A stretch of 64,000 nt of DNA from positions 57,418 through 121,417 of the forward strand of contig JAQGDQ010000086.1 in NCBI GenBank assembly GCA_030141605.1. The letters are read 5' to 3'. The notes beneath the pieces are model-generated. The model ran no database searches. It was not told where the DNA came from and saw nothing but the letters and a program-made list of their open reading frames with translations. Positions 11,031-25,700 of the stretch are shown here, piece after piece (position 1 is the stretch's first letter; every line of letters starts with the position of its first letter). Made by a program: the position numbers and the translations under genes. Source of the stretch: Tubiluchus corallicola. Its lineage: Eukaryota > Animalia > Priapulida.

Positions 11031-13304
11031 TTCATATGCCCTTTACGCACGTGGTAGACATTGGGCAAGTTGAAATATAATACATGCGTACGTAAATACG
11101 TAAATACTGCATAACAGAAAATGAGAGAACTAATAAAGCTAAAAGTAAAAATAAATAAAATAAGCAATACTAAATTTAGATTTAAGTAAATAATTAAAAA
11201 GGCGATTAAAAAATGCACAATTCAAAAAATATAATACATACGTGCGTTTGACGTTACACAGATGACCGAAAATTAGAAAAATACTAAAGCTAAAAAATAA
11301 ACTAAAATAGGCAATGTTAAAATTAGATTTAAGTAAATATTTGAAAAACGCAATGCTAAAACTGTAAACAGTAAACGTAAAAAAGCTAAATTACTAAATT
11401 CATGTTGGAGCAACACAAAAAAGCAGCAGCAGTAACAGCAACGACGGCAACAGCTACATACAACAGATAATATGATGACGATGTTTTATTAATTACCAAC
11501 GATGATTGATGCGCCAGAAATTCAGGTTTGTAAAGATTAGTAGCTAATGACGCGCCGTGATAGGTAACGCAAGACAATCTCTATTCCATACCGGCTTCTA
11601 TTATATTAGTCATTAATAACGTCTCTTCAAATACACATGGTTTAGTTTGTATTTTCGTTACTTTCGACAATGATGAAAAATTATTCTTTTCGTGCTAAAT
11701 GTATTCAAATACGATGCACTTCTTTTTAGTTTCTTCAGTTGCCCCTCATCGTGAACATTGATAAATCATCTACTACAACAAGAAGGTATTGTGAATGGCA
11801 AAAATATTGCTTGTAAACTGACAAAAACACATAATAGCCTTTGTTTGGATGTACGTATTATAAAGGCTAAATGGAATCTCAGCTCATAGAAATGATTAAT
11901 GTAGTTGAACGCGCTGCCACATTAATAATAGCGGCATTACAAACAGATTCATATCAATTCCCCAAAGTATATCCCTTGGGAAAACGCCTGAGGCCACCCC
12001 AAAGATTACCATCATCATCTATTGAACGAACAGCAATTATTATCATATCGTAATTTTGCGACTTGTTTGGGGAAATATGGACATGGTTAAAAATACAGGT
12101 CAGGTCTGTTCAGTTATGGCGATAAGTGCAAATAACCCCCGGCATGAACGTTAAATCTTTTGAATGACGATTAACACTTTTATTGGAGCACGACGTCAGG
12201 GGCGTTCGTAAAGTCGCCCCTCGAATGACATGGATACGCCCAAGGAAGCCAGTTGCAGAAGAGAAGAGGAGCCGACAAGGTTAATATTTTATTAGCACAC
12301 ACAAATTGCTGGCTGATTGAGAGACGAGGGGAACATGTAACTGGACAGATGGGAGTAATGACAGAGATGTGTACACATTCATATAGGTCTTCTCACACAT
12401 TGATTTCAGGTCATTCTGTATTAAGTGCACTTAATTTGAATGTGGAACCTGGGAACTAAGAAAAAAACTGAACTTATACGGAATATGCAAGCAATTTTTG
12501 TATTTTACGAAACTAAACTTAATGAACGTTTGGGCTATACGTGAAGTTACACTAAACTTGTCTAATGGGTTGTGAAATTTCTGTGGAAAATAAGACCAAT
12601 CTTGTTCCACTTTACTGAACATGATCATTTATTCTTCTAGAATCTAAAACCAGATCATTCTATACGTTATTCTTCATTCTTAATTCACTGAGTGCGACAT
12701 GTATTTTCCTTGCTCGAAGAATCACACGGAAGAGAGGTTGAAGCTTTTCCAGTCATGGTTTAAGAGGTCCCTACTTTGAACTTGACAGGGTTACGGTTCG
12801 TAACGATAATGGCTATCCAGCTGCATAAATTATCAGCAAAAAGCCACTTGTTATATCTTGTGGAAGAAATGCAAAAATTTAGGATAGCGCCGTCCATTCA
12901 TACTCGAAAATCATCCAAAACGTGTAATAAATGCACAGTTTTAAAAACACAACGACCACACCCACAATTTGAACTCAAAAGTGGCTGAGTTGTGGAGTTT
13001 ATATATAAAAAAATACACGAATCAGCTGCTTTATATTATTTCAACTCCCCCTCATCTACCCCCCCCCCAACAAGCAGTTTTTGGTATTTCGTTGAGTTGA
13101 TAGCGTAATTTTTTGGCTCACTGCAAGCCTGTAGCTAGCACTCAGCGACAGGGCCTCCTGTTGATGACTATGAGAAAATGAAATCTCTTGAGTCTTATTG
13201 TCAAAGATAATCCTGCAAGATGAGACAGTCAACCGGTATCTTATTCACCTTCGGTTATCTGTAAACATTCTGTTCAAAGAAATAAATAAATGAACAACCA
13301 GAAA

Positions 13305-13426
13305 CAATATGGCAGATGAAAAAGCCCAACCCGAAGAGATTTCTAGGCCGTTACCTCCCTATTTACTAACCAGCCCTAGCAACGCTTAACTTCGGTTGCA
13401 CAGAAGCACAGTTACACAGTCAGCTA
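13305..13426 (-). pseudogene. 5S rRNA-derived relic (3' half of 5S; SINE3-like), copy 1
   Basis: - strand accgaagttaagcgttgctagggctggttagtaaatagggaggtaacggcctagaaat...gggcttttt aligns to animal 5S (GAAGTTAAGC...TGGTTAGTA...GACCGCCTGGGAA...GGCTTTT) with many substitutions; 5' half of 5S absent. Confidence 0.7.
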
Positions 13427-14681
13427 TTTTTTTGGCATTACGCGTTAATCGAAATAAACTGTATCAACATATTTCATAAATTATATAGATCATTACATGA
13501 GTAATTTTGCAGATTTAATTTAGGCGGTGTGCAAAGTTCGTCAAAAGATGCAGCCATTAGCGTCCGGAATACAGGATTCCTGCAGTAATTCACAAAAAGA
13601 AATGCTATTTACTTAGAACTGCAAGGGTTTCCTTTCAAATAGGCTTGCCGAAATGCCAGTGATAAGGCTAAAAGAGCCGCTTAAGTAATATAGTATCCAG
13701 TGCAAATTGTATATACAAACTTGTAGCAACTTGCAATACATTCAATGCAGTACATCATCTTACAGTTACAACATTAGAGACTTTCTTTCTGGATTCAACA
13801 TTTTCAGATTATTCCATAACTTTTTCAGATAATCAAAAATTTTGTAAAAACAATCATAATTTTGAGGAAGTTGACAAGTGTTACATTATTTGTCGCACAA
13901 ATCTCGGTCTTCGCGCAGACTTTAGAAGCATCCTTTGCTAAGGGTTTATCTGAATATCTAAATCACGTTGTGGTCAGGCTCCTAATAGGGCGTCCCATCT
14001 GCGCGACATGACATTTATTTACTGACAATGAATGGTCATTTAATGGCAATCGATTCCGCGTCCAGTAACATCAGCTTTGAGTACGTGACTGTACAGCAGT
14101 TGTCTATCGTCCTGTGTTCGTATTAAGCAATAAGCTAAATGCGAAAACTATAAGAATAATATTCAAAAACTAAAACAACAGCAAACAGAATAAACGTCTG
14201 ATTTCCAATAAGATGCAGAATCTTAATGACAACGATAACGACAACAGCAGCAGCAATTTGCTGTTTCTTGATGACTTCAACTGTCAAATTATCTCCTGAC
14301 TAGCTACCCTGTTGAAGGAGGATACCCGAGCAGGACTCTCTGGTGTTCAAAATCTCATGTTACAAGATTATCGATAAATAGTTAGGTTTTGGTTTCGCTA
14401 CAAATATGTGCATTAAGAACGCCTTGTCGTTGATCCCAAAGTGCAGAGAGTGCCGGTGTGTATAGAAAAGATAACAACAACAAAAGACAATGATGGCAAA
14501 CGCGATGACACAGAAGTACCAAATTACCAACAATAGCAACAGCAATAATGTTACGGGCATTTTCATATCGGTAAACACTTCAGTACGGTCTGAGATAATG
14601 GCAACGGTACTGATAATCGCAACAACAACAATGACCAAGCAACAGCAACAGCAATAAAAACGACAACAGCAACAGCATTAG

Positions 14682-14682
14682 C

Positions 14683-14723
<41 letters not shown>
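14682..14723. repeat. (CAA)n microsatellite within a longer CAA/CAG-rich tract (~14480-14780)
   Basis: Perfect caa units, degenerate flanks. Confidence 0.95.
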
Positions 14724-16459
14724 CCAACAAGAACTAAAAGTACCCGGAGCAGTAACAACAACATCAACAACAACAACACAAATTGCCGTTTTACCGTTTT
14801 TTCAAAATTTAGTTTACAAAGGGCTTACTTCAATTTGTCTATTTTAATTACAATAATTAGCATGTTCATTTTGTTCACACAGCATTTACTTGTATTGTAG
14901 CGTGAAATGCAGGTGAAGTAACTTTTAAAAGTATTTCTTTGTAATTATTTGGCACCATGCAGTTGCACAATAAGCTGGAATTGGAAAAGCATTAGAAAGT
15001 ATTGCGCAAAATTCATCAACTATATTAACAAAGTAGTATTTCTTCAAACAAAATGAAACTGTCATAACGTCATTAAAACCAGTACATCAAACAGCTACGC
15101 CTGCTTTCATGTCAGCATGAAAACGCCGCCGTTTCAATTTTCTGCAAAAAGATTGATAAAAAACCTGCAAAAAGATGTAGGGGAATATCTTTTCATAGAA
15201 AATTTTAACCGACTTCAAATAATTAACGTTTACAGCAGTTGGCATTGTTAAAGAAGTTACAAAATATAGTTACGTTTATAATTATAGTTAGACCTACATT
15301 TATAGTTACGGGGTCAGTTACAGTTGTAGTTGTAGTTATTGTTATAGTTATTGTTATAATTATAGTTATAGTTGTTTGTTAAAGTTACGTTGGATAGGTG
15401 AAAGCTTTAGTAATTTATTTATAACGAGTATTTTAAGTTTGGTTTTTTGCTGTATATATACAATAACAGTTATTCTAGCTAGGAATAACATAATATTATC
15501 TGTGTAGCTCCGTTTAATTATTATCCAATCAGTGAAAGTGTCTAATATTTGCAAATTGCAAATGTGCAGCGGTTCTATAATTTTCTGTAACTTAATCAAG
15601 GTTCCCATGAATTTTTAATTCCCTAAAACAAAGTGCATTTCACATATTATTGCGCATATCATTATCAATTTAACAACCTTAAAAACAGTGAACACTCAAC
15701 ATAATTTAAATTCGCCAAATTAAGAAATATAAAGAGGCAGTATCTAGAGAAACACGGCGAATAAGCAACATAACGCTTAAAATTATGCCGGGCAAATTAG
15801 ATCAAGTTTCCTTTTGAAGTAAATTAACATAATTTGGGCAGTAATGACGTCGCGAAAATCCTTAGATAATCACGTTAATACGGTTTCATCTGAAGCCGAT
15901 TAGAAATCTTTCAGAAATGAGAGGGATTTCATTGGATGCGCAGCAATGGAAGATTAGAACCTCGTCATTATAGAGAAATACAGACTGCTTACGTTGACTT
16001 TGAACATTTGTAACAAAACCAATAAACTCATGCTTGTATGCATACTGCCTTATTTTAAGTTACTTAGATAACATATAGTATAAAACTTTAGCCATATTTC
16101 ACCAACACGGGATCTGAAATACACGAAGAAATTTCTTTCAACAAATACGCGAACAAACAACTCAAGTTTAGCCAACAAACGAAAAAAATCATAATGTAAA
16201 ATTGCGATTTTGCTCGTTTGTTGGTTAAACAAGAAACTCAAGAAAACAAAAAGGTAAACAAAGAAGACTAACAAATAAATAAACAACAGCATAATGAACA
16301 CAAATAAGTGAATGGGTAAGTGAATCAAATACCACAAAAACATAATAATTTGCAAATAAGACTAGGCTGACAAATGAATAATTGAATGAATTTATCGTCA
16401 CTAATTTTACAAGTCTTTTACACTTCAAGGCTTTCTTGTTTGCCCCTTGTACATTCTTG

Positions 16460-16680
16460 TATTCTCTCTCCTCCCCCCTCTCTCTCCCTCTCTGTCTGTC
16501 ACTCTTTCCTTACTTTTCTCTGTTCGTTCCTTTTTCACTTATCTCATTCTTGCTTTTTTCTCCGCTCTTTCTCTCTCTCTCCCCCCTCTCTCTCTCTCTC
16601 TTTCTCTCTCTCGCTCATCTTCACTTCATTCCTTCCTTTTCCACTCTGTCTCTTTTCTTTTCCTTTTTTGCTCTCTCAAC
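16460..16680. repeat. Imperfect (CT)n / polypyrimidine tract
   Basis: Near-pure pyrimidine on + strand with (CT)n core at ~16570-16611. Confidence 0.9.
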
Positions 16681-19600
16681 AAACTACTTAAATTTTACTG
16701 AGCTTTTATGAGTATAAGCAGTTACTATTAGCCAGCGCTCAGCACGACCACTCAAAGACTAAATTTGAACATCAGCATGACTATGGCACAGTATTATTTA
16801 CTCCTCCAAAGTCTTCTCTATAGAGCCCTTTATTAGTGTGCGCTAGCAATATGCCTTTAGGGTTTCACTCTCTGTCAACCCGCTGCTGCTTTATTATATT
16901 ACTGACACAATAAGATCAGCAGCTGAGGCCACCTGTATTATAATCAATCCACCTTAATTCTATGAGAATGGTAGGTAAACCTTCCAGCCATTTTACCACA
17001 ACCTTAGCTGCAGTTTTTTCTACATTCCCTCCTGTAATCAACCCATTTCTATGTTATACAAAAGATTTTGCAGTTACGGCCCCTGATACGTTGATTAAAT
17101 ATTCGTTCATTATGATTAATATGATCACTCTTCAGTTCACATACCTCAGCCTTATTAGTAGCCAATCGCAGGACAATATCTTGTATTTTGGCTGCTGTCA
17201 GCCTCATCCACTCATTTGAAATAGATATCCTCGTCTAGCACATTTTCAGCACGATGCACTACATGTCTACACACTCTATCACCTGTGTCACATCAAATAC
17301 TGCTATCAAAATCTTAACATAACACCCAAATATTAAACTTTCGATAAAAGCGGTTTTCGACCTTGAATTCAATTACTGTCGAGTGCGCACAATCAAAATC
17401 TGCTTCATCATTATAAGATGGCTTTGTTATGTTGCCAAACTCCTTACGCTTTTGCCATAGTTGAAAGCCGTCTTTTTTCTTCCTCCTCCTCATTATCCTC
17501 GTCATCATAATCATCACCATCATTACAACACTCTCTATCCTAATACCTTGTGCCTGGCTGCAGGCAGAGACAGTAACGGGAGTCTGTCAACGATATAGGA
17601 TATTATTATATCACTTCATCAGCTGTCAATACATTTTGGCGCACAAATGTGAACGCAGCTTTAGCTTTGCATTTCATTTCCCTGCAGGAAACTTCGACAT
17701 AGTCTACTACTGTTAGATGATTAATCGTTTGAAATATGGCTTCGTAAGCAAGCATTTGAGACAACTTGCAAACTATCACGTATCACACATCAAAGGTAAC
17801 AAAATATAACGATTATTAACTGCTGTGCGAACTATTAAAATTACAAAAGATTCGTGTAAAGAACTGTTACAAAAGATTTGTGTAAATTCCAAGTTATCAC
17901 AGCAATAATATTTTATTCTTTGACACCATTGTATAGATTTCGTGTCAAAAGATGATTATCACAAAAATATTGTATAACCTTTACAATTATCATTGTGCTT
18001 TTGCTTATTTGCAATTCGTAGTTTGTAGTTCGCATTTCAATTTCCGTCTTAATCTGTTCAATTTTTTTAGCAAGACGCTTTTGAAATAATGAATACGGAT
18101 AAAGTAATCCGTTTATTTGCCAATGCAGCAAAATTAAATGTCTTCTTGGAGGTAGATGATTTTTTAGTCTAATTGTAATGCTACGGGCAAGACCGGGAAA
18201 ATGAACTTTTCTTTTAATCCTGTACAGCTTCCGTAGGCTTTCTTTTGCAAAGAAACTGTCACAACTGAAAAACTGTAGGCCTACAACCATATTCAATATA
18301 ATATCCTATTTTAAATAAAACTTGTCATTTGAATGCACATTATTCTTCAGTTTAAGCAAAAAACGTATTTTAAAAATTTTGTAAGTAATACAAAACAGGA
18401 AGTCTTTTTATTCACGCAAGTTTACTTACTTGTTTATTCTCTTTATTTAGAGACAATCTAGTCTTTCAATTTCATTTTACGAATGTTTGGTACTCAGAAT
18501 CTGAGAGAAACTCAGAACAGTTCTTAGTCGGAACCATGAAAATTGTTGCTGTTGTTCTTATGAGCTCTGTTTAAACGGAGTTTCAGTTTCAGTATAGTTT
18601 GTTTTTAGTAAACAACTTTTACTTAAGCTATATAGGCTTGCCGTTTGATTGCATTTAACGTCAAACACGGCTATGAGTCAGACATTAAGACGTATCAAAG
18701 CAGCTCTCTGAAACACTCGACGTCAGTATCTCGAGCAAAACAATATAGCCAGTCTGCCAGTTGAAGAGCTCAGAACTAGTCAAGCACCAGGAAAGCAGTA
18801 GTTCCTGTAACACGTGATTGACAGGACAAGATTTACCACAGCACTATAGCGTACATCTTGAAAATAATACGACTTTAAATAGCCTTGATTGAATCTAGCA
18901 GAAGATTGCATGTAAACTGTATGATTGTATAGATGAAACCTGAAAAGATCAGGGATTTGGAATGAGGAAACAGAATAGATGCCGAGCAGAAATTGTTAGC
19001 CGAATTTGAGTTAAACTATCTGACGTTTTCTTTCCAAGATTTGTCTTGATTTTTAGGCATCGATTTATATAGCATAAGTTGTACGTATTGGAATGGAAAT
19101 GGAAGTCCAAGTATGTAATCGCCGTATAACAACAGACAACGACAACTCTGAACTACTATGACTATTTACATGCACCTATTATGCAGTGTACATAAATATG
19201 TAATAGAATATTTAATTTTGAGAATTTTTGCTGGAAAATTTTAGAAAATTTAGTTGATTACTAAACAGTATTTAAGAAAAAATCCGAACCAGATAGTCAC
19301 TTTCGATAAAACCGATTAACTGCTCTACAGATTTGCGTAGATTGCACTTCCACAATGCGTTTCTTTAAAATTTTAACTTTTCGCTCACTAGTTCAAAGTT
19401 TACATTTGAAAATGTGTAAATGGAATGTCTACATTTTTAGAATTGAATTTTTGCACACCTGAATGGAATTTGTGAACAAATTACATATTTGAAAGTAACT
19501 GATTGGACCACTGCCAGCCAGCATGCAATGTTAAACGGCATGGCCTACTGTTTAAGTTGATTGTAGCGGTGCCAGAACCTAACTCATTGTCAATAAATTT

Positions 19601-19687
19601 CTATATGAGGCAGTGAACCAACAGAAGTAACAAGTTCTAATGCACTGAGTAAAATAATTCTACAGCGGTGAGTAATACTGTCAGAGG

Positions 19688-19775
19688 CAATATGGCAGCT
19701 AAAATAGTCAGAAACAGTTTTGCCGACTGTCACTCATCAATTTACTAACCAGGCCAGGGGCCGCTTAACTTTGTA
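19688..19775 (-). pseudogene. 5S rRNA-derived relic (SINE3-like), copy 2
   Basis: - strand aaagttaagcggcccctggcctggttagtaaattgatgagtgac; shares downstream ctgccatattg with copy 1. Confidence 0.6.
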
Positions 19776-20803
19776 TCCAGACATTTACATATAAAAATGC
19801 TGAAATCCAGGAAGGTTTCTAGACAGAAGCTTCCGCAAGTGTAAAAATTCAGTTCAAACCATCAAACGCATGCCAACGCTGTATATAGCCCGTCTATGAT
19901 TTGTGATGGAAAAATTACCAGCAATAACGAGATTCTGTGACAGCTTGACATTATTCTCAACGATGTGCCAATGAAATTTATCACCAAAGATCAATAAAAC
20001 TACTAGAAGCCGATCTCTGCTTATTGATCGAGGATTCAATGTGAACAACCACCGCGATTAGGCTGTCTGTGATTTCCAACTGCTTGATAAATAACAATAA
20101 TTGATGAATCGAAGTTCCCAACAAGCACTGTATATAGAATACATAGTTCATACACACGCATGCACTCACTCTCACACACAACATTAAAATTTATGTTATT
20201 GTCGCCACTAATTAATACGATCTGATCGATAGATCCAAGTAATGAGTTGTTTTTAATGAGTAATGAGATTATAACTCCAATACACAAATAATGAGTGTAT
20301 ATTTTTGGCTTTTAAAGCCAATTTTTTACACTTACACTTGTGTAATATTATATTAAAATTGAGGCATTTTATTAGTGTTAACTATTGTCATTGAAAAGCT
20401 GAATTGTTATTACCGATAAAACTTTTATAAACAAATTACTATAGATTTAAAAATTAAAACCCTAATTCCAGTATAAGTTCCAAACAACCCAGTAGTACCC
20501 CCTGTAGAAAGATTACGGAAATACTACAGAAAATGTAAATTGTTCGAATGAAAACGAGTTCCCTTCAATGTTACGCTAATTATCAAGAACCACATTGACA
20601 CGAACATCATCCGCTTGGACAGTTAATCTACATCAGCTTCATTAAGTGACGGCATCTGATGTAAGCGCTGTGCTCTACCATTGCATACTGATTACCGGAA
20701 GAGCATTTTCATCTCCTCCAGGATGTCCATGCATATTAATGTCAATTTTCGCGTGACTTATGAGAAAACATTTGGCGCTAATTATAAATTTATGCTTTAG
20801 TTA

Positions 20804-20806
<3 letters not shown>

Positions 20807-20894
<88 letters not shown>

Positions 20895-20990
20895 CTCTCT
20901 CTCTCTCTCGCTCTGCCTTTCTCTCACTTTGTCCCCTCGCGCTCTCTCGCTCTCGTTTCCTCATGATCCTTTCCTCTTTCTTCCTCTCTA
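20807..20990. repeat. (CT)n microsatellite, perfect to ~20890
   Basis: About 42 perfect TC units then degenerate. Confidence 0.95.
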
Positions 20991-22238
20991 ATTGCTCGTT
21001 TAGCTTTCAGCTATTAAACGCCCTGCCGTATACTCTGACATTTCCTAATGCATATCACCGGCTCCCCTAAGAGATCTGACCGAAGAAAACTTTGGTGAAC
21101 GTTTATACGCTCTTTGATGTAGTGTGAGCGAACCATTACGTTCAGTAAAATCGAGAATTGCCACTGACAGTCATAAGCAGAATTATAGTAACGTTTTAGT
21201 CGCGTAAAATTATTTAATAAAACACATATATTTAGTTTTGTAAGTAATTCATGCGAGTTTTGGACGACGCTTTTCCGTATTATGACACAGGCAGGAACTC
21301 CGTAAACGGGGCCACTCACTCCGCTTGCCATCAAAAGTAGAACAAAAAGTAACTTCCACCTTACACAATATGAACTATTCACCTTCACAATTATTATTTA
21401 ACTATTCTAAATATAGCCTACTAATCTTTTACAACTATATTTTCGTACCTTTTCTGTCGTTAATATGAGCATTGATAGACTACTTTGGCAGTTGCTAATC
21501 TTTCGTTAGTTGGTGTCACAAAATAATACATGAATTACTTTGCTGTTAGTTTGCTTTACAAGACAGTCACATGCAATTACCAAAACTGCTGCATATTATT
21601 GGTGATTAATGATGCACTTTCAGTCGTGAATTATAGCTGCTCTTAGCATACTTATTTATAAACTAAAATAGGTTCAGGTGCCAGCAGAGTTGTCAAAACT
21701 TTTTTGTACATACCATATGTACCCTATGTACATATTTCCATGTACATATGCACATGTTTCTGTGTCTATTTAATTTGGTTATTTCATAATACTGCTATTA
21801 CTGCCCATAAAGTATGACCTTATTTATATAACACACTGTAGCTTCAGAAAAAATAGCATTTAAAGTACATTCGCAATATTTTAATAAATAACAAATTTGT
21901 AGATGGCATCACTAACACTAAAGTTACAAACGTGCATCTTCTTCTTGTGTATTATACATACAGAACATGTGGTATCATCAATTTTACTTGAAATGAGAAG
22001 TAAAATCCAGAAAAAAACCTGGAAAGTAGAAATTCGCTGTGCCGCTTTGTCGTATCCAAACATCCCAACTTTTACACAAGTTAAGATTGTAAAGAAAATC
22101 TACTGCATGGGGGAAATAATATGGCCAAATAAAGTACTATAAGTTACCATTAATGGAAAATAAATTATAATTCAAAGTCGAATAAAAATATATAGATACA
22201 AATAAAGCAAATGTAACTAAATACAAACGCTTTCTTAC

Positions 22239-22294
22239 CTGTGAATATTGCATCCTCGTCCAGGAAGCAGCAGCAGCAGCTTCCTAACTGAAAC
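22239..22294 (-). other. Candidate small non-coding exon of the XKR 5'UTR
   Basis: - strand acceptors tttggtatag|gtttcag| (exon start 22294 or 22287) and near-consensus donor cacag|GTAAGA at 22238. Confidence 0.35.
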
Positions 22295-22630
22295 CTATAC
22301 CAAACAAATGCCGATAGTACACGACCGTTAGGCTACCCAGCTCAATCATCCTATGCAACATAACGTCCCAGCATTCCCCTGGTTCATGGCAGCAGCTGCA
22401 ACAATACATAACAATACCATTGACTGCTGTTTAACGTATATAGGCGTTATTATCGTGATGGGAAATGCTGAGGAGACCGGGCGTGTATGAGGAAATGTCA
22501 GATTATACAGCAGGACGTTTAATAAATGAAAATTGAACGAGCAGTACAGCAGAACAGAGAGAAATATATGAGGAAAGGGAATGGGAGAAGATAAAGAATG
22601 GAAGTTCAATAAAGTGGGAGGGAGAGGGAA

Positions 22631-22726
<96 letters not shown>

Positions 22727-22760
22727 CAGAGAGAGAAAGAGAGAAAGAGAGAGAGAGAGG
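22631..22760. repeat. (GA)n microsatellite
   Basis: Long nearly perfect GA run with purine-rich flanks. Confidence 0.95.
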
Positions 22761-25700
22761 AGGGAGGAAAAGAAGGGAAGAGAAAGGCTGCCCGAAATTT
22801 CGTGAGACTTACACGAAACTTTTAGCGAACGTTGTGCTCTTGATTTTTATGTACATAGGTTTTAAAACTGCTGTGTTTATTATTTGTGAATCGCGATAAA
22901 TATATTAATTACTGCTTGTTTAACTTATAATAGTATTGTAATAAACTTAATCATAATGGTAACACTTCAAAATAATTCATATGAAATACAGGCTTAAATT
23001 TGTTCATCCTCCATCATCCATTAAGTTCGTAGAATGCTAACAGTTGAAAATGATATCATTTCAGCCATATTCGGGGGAAGCAAGATGACAATTATTGTAT
23101 TTCGTTCAGTCGAATATCAAACAGACATTTTCTTTGTGGCATTTCCAAAAGCCTCGTTCTTCAAACAAGTCTATTTTTCAGCGCTGTGTTCACAAACAAG
23201 ATCAGAAGGGGTGTTATTTGAATAACCGTATTGAAAACACGGTGTAAGATGAAAAGCTTCATGTAGCTCTTCTCTCCCTTTTTTCAGCTGTAGTGCAGCA
23301 AAATTAACACAGTTTTAGCATTGAATTGTTATGTTTTGTCACATTGCTGTAGTACGTTTTGATTAGACCCATCCTCTCTGTTGTCTGTTCCTTTAAAAAA
23401 CCCATGTCCTTTGCTTGGGTTTATATTAGGTCTGAGAGCTACACGATTCACAGCTTAACAACATCAGCATAACCTCAGTGGAATAGTTTTGCAAAAAATT
23501 ATTCTTTTAAAATGATAATGGGTGGACAACAAAAAGTAAGCTCCTTCAAAAAATTCATTAAAAATATATTTCTCTCCTCACTGGAAACATTTTGTCGTAA
23601 AACTAGATACATATAATATGAATACTGCCAAGTTTTGAATAAAAAATGCAAAACTGAAGATTTTACTGCCGTTTAAATAAAAAAGGCCAAATTTTCTAAA
23701 GAAACAAATAATATAATTGATCTTTTAAGTTTTGCTTTCATTTAAAAATTTTTTTTCCTGACAGTTCAATTAGTTTTCTCAGTTGAGGCTTGAACTGATC
23801 AGTAGCTTTACTGACAACACAGTCATCTAGTATCCGATACCATAAAGATGATATCAATACAAAACAATCATATTAATATCTAGTTTCTTCATTTTTATGG
23901 GCTTGATGACTGTAACTGACTTGATGTTTCAAACAAAAAATATTTATTTTTGGACTTTATATGCAAAATGTTAAATAAATAAAAATTGGTTGAATTAAAT
24001 TTTTATATAGCAACATATTCAACGGATGGAATGGACGCCTACAATGAACCTCATTCTTTGTCAGTGGATTTACACAATCCAGTGGATTGTACCACATATT
24101 TACACAATGTAAATTGGCAATTTTTTATAAGACCTGTATCAATACGGACATCCATGCTAAAATACCACTAACAGCGTAGAAGAAAATTGCATACACATGC
24201 ACAGCGTAACTTCATTATTTGAGCATGTCATGTCTACGGGCAGGGCAATGCAACCTGTGGTACATATTTGTATAGACGTTCGCTAATTCTCACGCAAAAT
24301 TCGAAGTTGGCAAATCCTCTACAAGAGTTCGGACAGACCAACGTCGGACATTGTGAGAAAATATCCAACATCCAATGACATTTTAAACGATACATCAGCA
24401 GACTCATCACACAGAATTTCTCTACTCAGCCAAACCTGGATGAGATGCAGTTTAAAACGTGATTTACCAGCCAAACAAAGGTTCATTGTAGCGTTCATGA
24501 CAGATGATTGATTCGTTCCAATTACCGCATCAAAAATATTCACAAAACTAATAAAACTGCAATTTATATAGTAATTAAAATTGTGTAAAAAAATCCAGAA
24601 TTGATGGATGTTGCTGTGGAAATTGAGCAATTGTGGTTACATACCAACCAGACATTTCTCTGAAATTAATGCTAATTAAAAATGATAGGCCCAGGCATGA
24701 ATGTATTATGCGTGCATGCGTGGTATGTACAGGAAAACGTAAATATCAACACGTATAGGCTATAGAGGTTAGGCAGGTTATAAGTCTATTAAAGTACTAC
24801 ATTTTGCGTGACAGTCGCCTACGTGTTCAAAACGACCACTTTCTTTTTATTTTGCTTAATATCTTTTTCCTCTCTCATTTTTACAATCTCTCTCGTCTTC
24901 CGCCTCTACTGTACTTACTCCATCAACACTACTCTATACACACCTTTTACAGATCCTATTGTCTTCCAATACACTAATAATTTATTTTATACACTAACGA
25001 ATTTATTCAGTCAAAAAAACCAATTCTCCTAAAACTGTGGTAATTAGAGAACTTACACTTATATTTTAAAATTATAAAAACGAAACAGTAGTTAAGATAA
25101 TACATATATAGGATTATTTAACTTTTTGTCATTATTTTAGTACAGTTGCATGCATATTTTTTAAGTATCTGTATAGTATAATTTCCCAAATTCCTCATGG
25201 TAGGTAAGGTTTAATTTTTTTTTGCATTTTTTTGTATCGTTTCACTATTTCCGCCTTTTATCATTTCAGTGTTTTAATTAAGTTTTATTGGTTTTACTTT
25301 ATCATTTTACATATTATTTTGATTTCTTAATTTATTCCTTTTGGTCGTTGTACAACTAAAGGAGTTTTTTACGGTCTTCTGATCACCGCTCTCCTTAGCT
25401 TACTTCCCCAGTAAACTTTTTCTTTTTCATTTCTTTCTTTACTAACTTGATGTTTGTTCTATCATTTCATTAAGTTTCTTGCCTTTCTCCGTATGTTGTG
25501 TTTTTCCTTCTTTTGCAGCTGTTTATTTACTTATTACTATTAGTTTGGTAGTTTGTTTGTTTCTTTGTGTACGAGTTTGTTGCAACGTTGCAAGCTCTAT
25601 CAATAAGCAAAAACAAGATTACCTATCGAATAATTGATGTGGATCCTCGCATTTATAGAATTCTGCTTGATCAAGTTTTTTTTTGCATAGTTGACTAAAT

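Noticed and set aside
16050-16711. Hydrophobic membrane-protein-like ORFs (also 14360-14638, 34061-34513, 39403-39678)
   Set aside because: Arise from CT/CAA/GAT/A-rich low-complexity tracts.
16962-17219. Faint resemblance to a decayed LINE reverse-transcriptase segment
   Set aside because: Key PQG and YADD motifs are absent; cannot be supported without a profile search.
22581-22805. RE-repeat protein ORF
   Set aside because: Translation of the (GA)n microsatellite.
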